This document shows, one piece after another, positions 52,909 to 64,000 of a stretch of 64,000 nucleotides of DNA (its first letter is position 1; each line of letters starts with the position of its first letter). The stretch lies in NCBI RefSeq assembly GCF_009914755.1, contig NC_060931.1; one strand, written 5' to 3'. The position numbers were made by a program, and so were the translations under genes. The DNA is from the human T2T-CHM13v2.0 reference genome, Homo sapiens. The notes beneath the pieces are model-generated. The model searched no databases. It was not told the DNA's origin and was given only the letters and a program-made list of their open reading frames with translations.

Positions 52909-52954
52909 ATGAATATCAAATGCATACAAAACAGTATTGATAATAGGATTATAA

Positions 52955-53425
52955 ATATTTTAATGCGTTTTCTCTTTCTGTATATAAACAGAAATACACA
53001 CACACACACACACACATATATATATGTAAGATTTATATAAAAGAACTGGCTTATGTGATTGTGGAAGCTGGAAAGTTTGAAATTTGTAGGGCATTCGAGC
53101 AGGCTGGAAATTCAAGTAAGAGTTGATGTCATAGTCTTGAGTTTAAAATATGTAGGACAGGCCAGATAAAACTCAGGCAGAGTTCTACATTGCGGTCTTG
53201 AAGTAGAATTGCTTCTTCCCCAGCAAACTTCTCTTTTCTCAAGGCCTTCAACTAATTGAAAGAGGCCCACTTTTGTTATGATGTATAATTTGCTTTACTT
53301 AAAGTCAAATGATTGTAAATGGTATTCACATTCACAAGTACCTTCAAAGAAGCATCTAGACGTGTTTTACCACACAACTGGGCACCTTATCCAAGCCAAG
53401 TGGACACATAAAATTAACCATTACA
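52955..53425 (-). mobile_element. MLT2 (D-like) ERVL LTR with internal (CA)n(TA)n
   Basis: aagaactggcttatgtgattgtggaagctgg ... aggccttcaactaattg ... gccaagtggacacataaaattaaccattaca. Confidence 0.85.
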
Positions 53426-53606
53426 ATAAGTAATAAAAAATAATGTCCACCATCTTATTTAATGGCAATATTGTCAGTAATATTGATATCTCCCATAGGA
53501 AATACATGTATTTCTCATGGAAATTCAGGTTATACCTATGCATAAGCTCTTGAAAATTGTAATAGAAAATAAGTCAAATTATTAACCTACTCAAATATTT
53601 ACATAG

Positions 53607-53993
53607 TGTTATGGGCCGAATTGTGCACCCCAAAATATGTTGAAGTCCTAACCCCAGTACTTCAGGATGGGACCTTATTTGGAGATGGGGTTTTTTTACA
53701 GAGATAGTCACCTTAATCGAGGTCATTAGTGTAAGTCCTAATCCAATGTGACTGGTGTCCTTACTGAAGGGAGAAATTTGGACACAGAGATACACATAGA
53801 TGATGAGGTGAGGAAGCAGGGAGAAGACAGCCATCTATTGAGTTTCCTCTCAAACTTTAGAAAGACTTAACCCTTCTCACACTTTCACTTTGCACTTTTG
53901 GCCTCTAGAGCTGTGAAACAATAAATTTCCATTGTTTACAACACCCACTCTGTTAATCATTCTTTGTTTCAGCAATCTTAGCTAACTAGTACA
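53607..53993 (+). mobile_element. MLT1B-like MaLR solo LTR
   Basis: TG...CA termini with perfect 5-bp TSD CATAG (53602-53606, 53994-53998). Confidence 0.9.
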
Positions 53994-55245
53994 CATAGTG
54001 TAAGCAAAACATTTCAATGAACTATTTTATGACTGAATCTAATTGATAAATTGGTAGTGTTATATATTTCTATTCTTTTTGTCCTCCAGTATTTTTTTAA
54101 TTATGGTGAAAGAATTTTAAAAAAAAATGAGAATTCCCACTGAGTGCAAGGTCATGCTAACTTATTAAATGTTTCTGCTTCAACTAGATTTGAAAGACAT
54201 ATTTGAAATTTGCATATCATATACTCTTTAAAACTAATATGTGTAAAAAGTTGTAACACTCTATTATTAGAAAAGATACATAGTGTTAGTATGTTTTTAT
54301 TTATAGTGATTCTTTTTGAAAGATTTAAAATGCCTTTCTAATGTAAACCTTTTATAGTTGGTTATAACTTCACAAATTATTTGTAAATAGTAAGATTAAA
54401 TAGTCTATATTTTTTACTGTTAGCAATCAAAATGTGAATTCACCATTGATATAAAAATACTTTTCTTTCTGTATCATACTAAAGATGAAAATCAAAATTT
54501 CCTTTCAAATTGGTGTGAATATATTTAATAGACTTTTATTTAAGCAAAACAATATTATGTATGACTTTAAAAAGAAAGATGAAAGATAATAACAATAGAG
54601 AAAAAAGCATGATACGTAAAATATTAATCGAAAATAAAGACATCCTAAGGTTTATACCACCTTAAAAATTAACATATTCTTTAGCATGTGCATAAAATAT
54701 TTAATTTGTCATTTTCCTTACTATTGATATTTTATAAAAGTAAGGTAATGATAAACTTTTTTATAAAGTTTTGTAGATGTTCTTTTAAAAAATAAACAAC
54801 CATAAATTGAAAAATTTATTGAAATATATTTTTCTACTCAAGAAAATACACTTGTGAGATCTAGGGAGAGAAAGTGAAACAATAGCCAAGATGTATAATA
54901 CTTTTTAAATTAATTACAGTATTTTTAACAGTAATGATTTTTCTCTTTACAGTGCCTTCCCTGAAAGAATATATGTAATAGTTAAAACATTTTTATAAAA
55001 ATATAACATATATCTTCAAATATGTTTCTTAAGCAAAGAAAGAATTGTCAAATTTGCCTTGAGCCTACTTGAAATCTCTGCTGCAGCTTACATGAGAAAG
55101 GAATGTTTCCAGTTAACTATTCATTTATTTTAGGTAAATTAATTAGGTAAATTCGTTTGTAAATGTAGGTAAATTCATTTGTAAACAAAATGAATCTTTT
55201 ATTTTGGCAAAAGTTACATTAACAACTTGTTCGAAGTTTGAGCTG

Positions 55246-55633
55246 TGATATAGTTAGGCTTTGTGTCCCCACACACATCTCATCTTAAATTATAATCCCC
55301 ATTATCCCCATAATCCCCATGTGTCAAGGGAAAGACCAGGTGGACATAATTGAATCATGGGAGCTGTTGCCCCTATGCTGTTCTCATGACAGTGAGTGAG
55401 TTCTCACGAGATCTGATAATTTTATAAGGGGCTCTTCCCCCATCACTTGGCATGTCTCCCTCTTGCCACCTTGTGAAAAAGATGCCTTGCTTCCTCTTTG
55501 CCTTCCGCCATGATTGTAAGTTTCCTGAGGCCTGCCCAACCTTGTGGAAGTGTGAGTCAATTAAACCTCTTTCCTTTCTAAATTACCCAGTCTTGGGAAG
55601 TTCTTTATAGCAGTATGAAAATGGACTAATACA
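55246..55633 (+). mobile_element. THE1D-like MaLR solo LTR
   Basis: tgatatagttaggctttgtgtcccc ... aatggactaataca; TSD agctg/ggctg. Confidence 0.92.
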
Positions 55634-56009
55634 GGCTGGAAATACTGTCAATTATCTTTAGGTAATTTTTAAAGGATATATTCATAGAAATAAGAAAAAG
55701 CGCATTATATTATGTGTATTTCCTAAATATGCAAATATACTTCACTCACGTACTAATCACTTTAGAGGTACAACTTCTGTGTTATTAGAATACTTGCCTG
55801 ACTTCAGTTGCTTTATTCATTCAGTTTTCCTAAATGAAAAGCAATAATACCATCTAACATTAACAAAACCTAATGAATATCCAGAAGCTTGGTTCAGCAT
55901 ATTGGAACATTAATGTTTCATAGGAGATAGTTTGTTAATGTCAAAATTGATTCTTATTGTAGCCACATGTACTCTGGCATACAATTTAATACTGAGTTCT
56001 CTCTCAAGA

Positions 56010-56170
56010 TTAGAACTGAATAATATTAGGGTTAAGTGAATACTAGAAAATGGCCTAATATTATTATTTATTAAACTGAAGTCCAGACAGTTTAAGAAAC
56101 TTGTCCAAGAGCATATAGCCACTTATGACTAAAACTGGGACTATAAACCAGATCTGAATTAGGACTGTAT
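56010..56170 (-). mobile_element. MIR fragment
   Basis: aaactgaagtccagacagtttaagaaacttgtccaagagcatatagcc ... ctgggactataaaccagatctg. Confidence 0.65.
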
Positions 56171-57107
56171 TTATGGATACTTGGTGGACACTTTGCAGAG
56201 AACACTTACAGCTATTACAGTGCAAACTGCTTGATCCCTGTAATTAGAAACAGGCTGAACATTATTAGGTTATTGTGCTTTACTTTGTAAATTTTATCAC
56301 ATATAAGTCTCAACATGCTGGTTAAGAATTGCCAGGCATATTGCCCATGTAGGATTCCCCTCATTACCTTGGATAGTGATTTGTCCCTAGTAAGTGTTGA
56401 ATAAGAAGCCATACTTTGCATCAATGTCAGCCTTCCCCAGTTTCAGAAGTCATGGCTATAACTGCTAAGTTCATTTTTACTGAACTCAGCATTTTACTGA
56501 AGCATGGCTATTAAATCTTAAGCTCAACCCTACCCAAGAACCTTATCTCTAAACAAGAGTAGTATCATATGTTGATAATAATTTATATCACTAAGACATT
56601 AATCTCCAAATAATCTGAACTGTGATTTCTTAACTGAGGATAGTGAATATTTTTTAAAAGACAAGGGAATTATGATTATGTTTCTGACACAGAAATCCTT
56701 CGCATTTATTTGTAATAGATAATAAAATAATATTGAATATTTCAAAGTATAAGCTGAAAAATTTTGTTCAAGGTGATGTGGTAACTCATATTGCTGAAAA
56801 TTCTGAAGTGATAGTGAGAATGAAACATCAGCTTTTCTAAAAAGCACTTTAGAAGCTGAAGAACTGAAAGTTCTCCATTAACCTAGTAATATCTATGCAG
56901 TGGAAAATTGGCTGATAGCTTGAATTAAACTTTTTTTTTTAATTAGAAAGAGAGCAGAGATTCAGCTAGAGTTGTTAAACACAGATCTATTCCCTACTTT
57001 TTGTCAAATGTTCAGGAGCAGCAGGTCTGCTACAGAAAATGCAATGTAAAATTCTGTTTTTTTAAAAAAGCTTTTCAGTCATAATGAAAAAACTTGTTGA
57101 ACTATCA

Positions 57108-57479
<372 letters not shown>

Positions 57480-58819
57480 TTAACGGGGACTGATGCATCA
57501 GGAAATATTTCGAGAAAAGGTAAGAGTGAAGGCATCCAATTTATATCTATCTTTTTAAAAAAAAACTTGAAAATTACTTAGCACTTTCATTTGAAAACTT
57601 ATTTAAACAATAAATAGTTAATTTTCTTCTACAACTAAACATACTTTAAAGGATTTTGACCCATAGCATTCTTTATGTCCTCAGAGCAATAATAATAAAA
57701 ATTAGCTTCTTGACCAGTTTTATCTAATGAACTACTCAGTCAGGTATCATTTTTTGGTGCTTACATTGAAATCAAAATGATTTTATGTCACTAAGGTAGA
57801 AAAGGATTTCAAGAGCCCATAGAACATGCCCAAGGACATCTACTGTGTCATCTCTCTCTGTTGAGTAGGGAAATCTGCCTGATTGACTTATATTGCAGCA
57901 CATTTAAAAATCAAAACCGAGAGAAATGACTAAACTGGCTGTTTAGCTTCTGTGAAAGAAGCTAATATAAGTCTTTAAAGAAGGATCATATTTGCTAATA
58001 GGATTGAAACTTTGTTTACTTTGGCAACACTTGGCTAGGAATTACTCAGTTGTTGATTCCCAGCCCCTCTTTAGGAGGTGCATAGAGTTGTGGCTGATAC
58101 ATTTGCTTCTCTCTGTATTGTCTCTAATAAATATGGCATGCTCCAAAGCAATTGAGCCTGAGCTGGCTGCTGAAACTGGAGAACAAAGCATTTCATTCAA
58201 TCATTCTTAAAAGGCACGGCAACTTTTTGTCACACCCCAGAGCCCTCAACATGACTTCATTTCACATTCCTGTCTGTATATACTGTGCTCGGCATGAAGC
58301 AGTTCCAAAAGACATTAGAACTGTGAGATTCAGGAAACCTTTGGATCAAATAATTACCACTTCCTTCATTATGTATTAATTCAGGATGGCTTCCCTTTTG
58401 TTTCTTAAGCATAATTGGTGCTCTACTTTTTTTCCAAAACAGTTGGAATATGTTTCTGTGTTTCTGTTCAAGGTGATCTGCAGCTGCTTAGGCAACCAAT
58501 TCCTTTTCCTTTTCTTTGATTAAATGTTGAAGGACATCATTTTGGAGTGAGAAGACAGATTGGGGCAGGTTATTTCCAAATAGTCCTTTATTCAAGAATA
58601 TCACTTATTATTTAAACATGTTTTTAGAAAATAGACACTCCATTTTTCAAATACTATCTCCCACAAGTTTACAATAATATAATACAATATATATTTCTAA
58701 ACACATATACACATTTGCATTGTTTCTGGGACAATAGAACAAAATCTTCATGTTCAAACACTGTGTTTTATCATACCTTGATGGTTTTTCACCAAAAATC
58801 CGATTTATTATTTGAGATT

Positions 58820-59542
<723 letters not shown>

Positions 59543-59814
59543 TTAGTAGATCTCAGTGGATAGAAAATAGAATTATGACTGTTTTCTAAATAAGGAAATC
59601 TGCAGTTAGAATTTTGGAATGACTAAAACAGGATTTATCACCAGATCACAGGAATAAGTATCAGAAAATTCAGGTAAAAAAAAAATTCAAATTAAAACCA
59701 GCATAAAAACCTTGTGGCAAGGGGTACCTTTAACATGAGGAAATTGACACATAAGCTCTTACACCCTTTATGTAATGAACCCTTACCAGGAATCAACCTG
59801 GTAAAATATTAACA

Positions 59815-60235
59815 TTTAGAATAAATATCCACCTGCATATCTAATATGGTGTTTAAAAATTTTTGTAATATATTTTTTTATTTTTATTTTAAGTTCCAAG
59901 ATACAAGTGCAGGATGTGCAGGTTTGTTACATATGTAAACGTGTGCCATGGTGGTTTGCTGCACCTTTCAACCCATCACTTACGTATTAAGCCCTACATG
60001 CATTATCTATTTAAACTGATACTCTCCCTCCCCCCACCTCCCTTCTGACAGGCCCTATTTTGTGTTGTTCCCTCCCTGTGTCCGTGTGTTCTCATTGTTC
60101 AGCTCCCACTTATAGGTGAGGACGTGGTATTTGGTTTTCTGTTCCTGTGTTAGTTTGTTGAGGATAAAGGCTTCCAGCTTAAAGAATCCTTCCAATTGTA
60201 TAAGTTTCAGACCCACAAATCCTGGATTCACCCTG
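59815..60235 (-). mobile_element. hAT-Tip100 end fragment (MER115/Zaphod-like), interrupted by L1PA
   Basis: aattgtataagtttcagacccacaaatcctggattcaccctg matches the recalled terminus. Confidence 0.55.
59871..60180 (-). mobile_element. L1PA10-like 3' fragment
   Basis: gtgcaggatgtgcaggtttgttacata ... cattgttcagctcccacttata ... gaggataaaggcttccagct. Confidence 0.9.
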
Positions 60236-61085
60236 CCTAGGCAATAAGTCTATAGTAGTGCTAAGAAAGGAATATCTGGAAGTCAAAGTGTCAAAGTAAC
60301 TGACTTAATTTTGGAAATTAAGTGATTAAATTATAAGAAGTCATTATTTCTATTGGCTATACATGATGGGTAAAAGAGAAATCTGTTTTTTATCTTCACC
60401 TCCAAACAGCAAGTGTTTTCTCTCATCAATGGGAATTTAATTGCTACCCTCAACCACACATCCCAATCCCAACTAGGTGAAAAGTCCGCTGCTTATTAAA
60501 AGAATGCCCATTCCCTGATTCCACAGATAAGTGGTAGGCAAATGTTAGAGAATTTAAAGCACAGGAATTTCAAGTATAGTTCATGTCAGAATTATAAAGA
60601 ACATATAAGAAGGAAGCACAATCAATTAATAATTAAATCTCTACCTTACTATGGATAAACCACATACATAGGGTCTAACTTTACAAGAAGGGTTCTGAGC
60701 TATGTAAACATGGAGATATTGTGCAGTATAGGCCACATGATATATTAACAATGAGAGACCCATAAGAAGATGAACAAGACCAGATGACCCAAACAAAGTT
60801 CAGGGTCTTGATGCCAGGGAATTATACAAAGGAACCTAAGAAGATTTAAAATGAAATAATCTTTCTTATGTTGTGAATTGCCTGTGTTTGTAAGTCCTCT
60901 TTATTGGATTTAATACTTAGAATCAATTTATAAAAACCGGGAATAATCTTACCTTTGGAATCTTGTAGGTAAAACAAATGAAGGCATTTATCATCTAACA
61001 TTACTACCAGTAACACATTTTGAAAATAATGAGATGAAAATAAGTTTATAATGTTGCAAGTAAATATAGATACATACAGTAAAGA

Positions 61086-61166
61086 TAGCTACATACAGTA
61101 TAGAGGCGTGTATATATATATACACATATATACGTGTGTGTGCGTGTGTGTATATAAATGTATGTA
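61086..61166. repeat. Mixed (TA)/(TG)/(CA) alternating purine-pyrimidine tract
   Basis: Directly visible. Confidence 0.85.
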
Positions 61167-61199
61167 AACTCTTCATTTTCATAAAGTAGGTGACCCTTT

Positions 61200-62090
61200 G
61201 GAATTAGCACCCAAATTGAAAGCAGAGTATTATTAGGACCTCAAAAAGTCCCCTATGTGCCCCTACCTATTCATTATTCCTGTCCAATATAACCACTATC
61301 TAATTTTTAGAATATCCCAACAAATGAGTTTTGGATGCTTCTGAATCATATAGAACTAGTTTTTTCTAATTGATTTATCTTGCTTAATAATATACCAGTA
61401 AGATTAATTCCTGGTGTTGTATATAGTAGTAATTTGTTTCTGTTTGTTGTTGTACTGAATTCCATTGCATAAATATTTCAGAATTTACTAATTCATTTCA
61501 CTGATAATTGACATTTTGGGTGTTTCCAGTATGAGGCTATATAAAAGCTCTGCTATAAATGTTCCTGGTTATGAATGTTAGTGAATATGTTTAATATTTC
61601 CATTAAGTATACAAAAACAGTGGGATTGCCTGATCGTAAGCTAACCACATGTTCATCATCAGTAAATACTTCCAGAGTGCTTGTCAAATTTATACTCATA
61701 GCAGCAGTCTGTGAAAAGTCTGGTTGCTCCACATCTTCACCAGTATATGTAATTGTCACTATCTTTAATTTTTGCAATTTTGGTTGTTTAATAATTTCTC
61801 ATTGTTGTAATTTTTATTCTGCTGAGAACTAACAAGGTTGAGCCCATATCTACATGTTTCTTGGTCATTTGGATATCTTCTTTCTTGAAGTGCCTGCATT
61901 ATTGCATTCTCCCATTCGGTTATCTATTTTCTTTCTTCTTTTCAGTTTGAAGCAACATTTTATGTACTCTAGATACAAGAATTTCACTAGATATATGGAC
62001 AGCAAATGTCTTACTTGGAGGTTTGCATTTTCACTGTCTTAGACATACTTTCTGATGATCAAATGTTCTTAATAGAATATGCTTATGTTT
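61200..62090 (-). mobile_element. L1ME-type LINE-1 3' fragment
   Basis: taaccactatct ... attccattgcataaatat ... gacattttgggtgtttccagt ... ttggtcatttggatatcttc. Confidence 0.75.
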
Positions 62091-63256
62091 TTCTGAGTTT
62101 TTTGACCTCAAAGAAACATTTCTATTTAGGAAAAGGATGTTTTCCTCTATGCATAATATGTTCGTGAATTTTATTTCTAGAATGACCCTTTATAAAAATG
62201 AAACAAGTAACTTTGGGGTCAAGAGAAAATTTTTTGTTTCTATGTGCCAAAACCTAGAAAAGTAAATATTTTTTTTTAGATAATTTAAATTCCGCTTAAA
62301 TAACATCACTAATTGTTGTTTAATGGCAGAAAGGGTAGTACATTATGGAGCAAATTTTTTTTTTTACCATGTATACCTCTGAAACCTCTACGCTCTGTTT
62401 ATTTACTTGCTTTTATACTGTGTATATCTATGCAAATACATATGAAAATGTACTTGTTATTTGTGAGAGCTATTTCCTTTCAATTCTGTTATCTGATTAC
62501 AGATAAAATGATATAAAAAAAACTCTAAGTTATTTTCCAATTATATCTATACCTAACTAAAAATTTGAATTGGCATATCCGTGGTTGCCTAAACATTAAA
62601 ACAGCAAAAATATAATTAAAAATTAAATTGCATTGACTTTTTCATGTATACCTGAGAGTTATACTGTACTACAAGAAAAAAATGTAGTTTTATTCATTTG
62701 AAAGAACAGGAAAAATAGTGTTTGAACAACTATGATAATCCTCTTCCAATAGTGACGTAGTCAGATTATCATAATGCACATATTCAACCTTCTGCTTAAA
62801 GAGTGAAAATATGTACTTGATCTATGGCTGTTGCAATAAAGGCCATTTGTGAATTGAATTGAAGTGATATTGTTCTTGTTTATTGTATTAAATAAATTCT
62901 AATTTTAAATACGTGCTTCCATATGAAAGATACCATTTTATGGAAATGCTGCAGAAATGTTAAGAAATTGCAATGCGGAATACTATCTTCAAGTTTTTTT
63001 CCTATCATTTGGAATCATAGTATCTTCATGTCCATACTTTTAAAAAAATCAATCCAGGACCAATCCTAATAGAAGAAAAATGACGTTCATCTAGAGAGAC
63101 AAATTTGCTTAGATTTGTGAGCTTACTTAGAAGTTTTCTTAGAATGTGAGAAATTTACTGGGATTCTCTGTTTTAGCCTTGGTGGTGACAGAATGAAAAC
63201 TCATCAAACCCCACCCTTTTCCTTGAAGTAGATGAATGATTAAATTATCTAAATCA

Positions 63257-63380
63257 ACTGGAGTGGTGACATGTTCCTATAGTCTCAGCTACTCAGGAGG
63301 CTGAAGCAGAAGGATCACTTGAGCACAGGAATTTGAGGCCAGCCTGAGTAACTTAGAGAGACCTGGTCTTTAAAATATAT
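63257..63380 (+). mobile_element. FLAM_A-like free Alu monomer
   Basis: cctatagtctcagctactcaggaggctgaagcagaaggatcacttgagcacaggaatttgaggccagcctg. Confidence 0.85.
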
Positions 63381-64000
63381 AATCTGTACGTATAATCTAA
63401 GTTAAAATGTTGTCATTCTCTGCTTAATGAACTCCAGTGATAAATTCCTTCAAGCTCTCTCGGTAGAACTTCCAAGATTTTACTATTCTTATCATCTAAG
63501 ATGTTTTTTCTTAATATTTCACTAAAATGACTCTGGCTCTAGAGTTAAACTTCATAGATGTGGCTCTATACTGATAAAGTCTTTTATTTTGCTTATACCC
63601 AATAATGAAGTCACTTCATAGTCTTTTATTTTTTTCCCTTAAGCTAGACAAATCCAGATATGACCTTTCTTTATAACATAGTAACTCCATTTTTTGTTTT
63701 TTTATTATTATTATTTCTGAATCGTCATCATCATCACCATTATCTTTTCAGGGTTAGCCACAATATATTTATTAATTTCTGAAACTTTCTGGGATTTGAA
63801 AATAATCTATTACATCAAGAATTGAAAAATAATAATAATAAAATGCAGTGTCATGGTGATTGCAGAACAAAAAGTACCCATCCCAGGGGATATAGGCACT
63901 TTAAAGTTTGCAAAAACTACTAGTGGCTTTAGCAGCATCAGCAATGTGGTGAAACAGTAAAACATCAATAAAAGTGAGCAGGGAATGGCGAATTGATACT

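Overview
AT-rich, repeat-dense primate genomic DNA, almost certainly human because it carries an AluYa5 with all five diagnostic positions. It reads as intergenic or deep-intronic sequence. I find no credible protein-coding exon, tRNA, rRNA, snRNA, NUMT or CRISPR. The long ORFs in the track fall in L1, MaLR, LTR or Alu sequence; the rest are short chance ORFs. Roughly half the window is transposon-derived: a 5'-truncated L1PB4-like element with a nested MER50 solo LTR; a long, heavily nested L1MA element; a two-LTR ERVL (LTR40-type) provirus with recognisable RT and integrase remnants; L1PA, L1MC and L1ME fragments; about ten Alus; MaLR and ERV LTRs; MER1A, MER20, L2 and MIR. I did not find a new biological system in the prokaryotic sense. 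The most interesting signals are (1) several short-range templated copies of nearby DNA, one stitched from two donors in opposite orientations, (2) a retrotransposed block of foreign unique DNA with its own AATAAA and tail, (3) a microhomology-bounded internal L1 inversion, (4) an L1PA8 with a ~48-bp target-site duplication, (5) a young AluYa5 and (6) two minus-strand non-coding exon candidates. Subfamily names come from my recollection of consensus sequences and need RepeatMasker/Dfam confirmation; boundaries of old elements are approximate.
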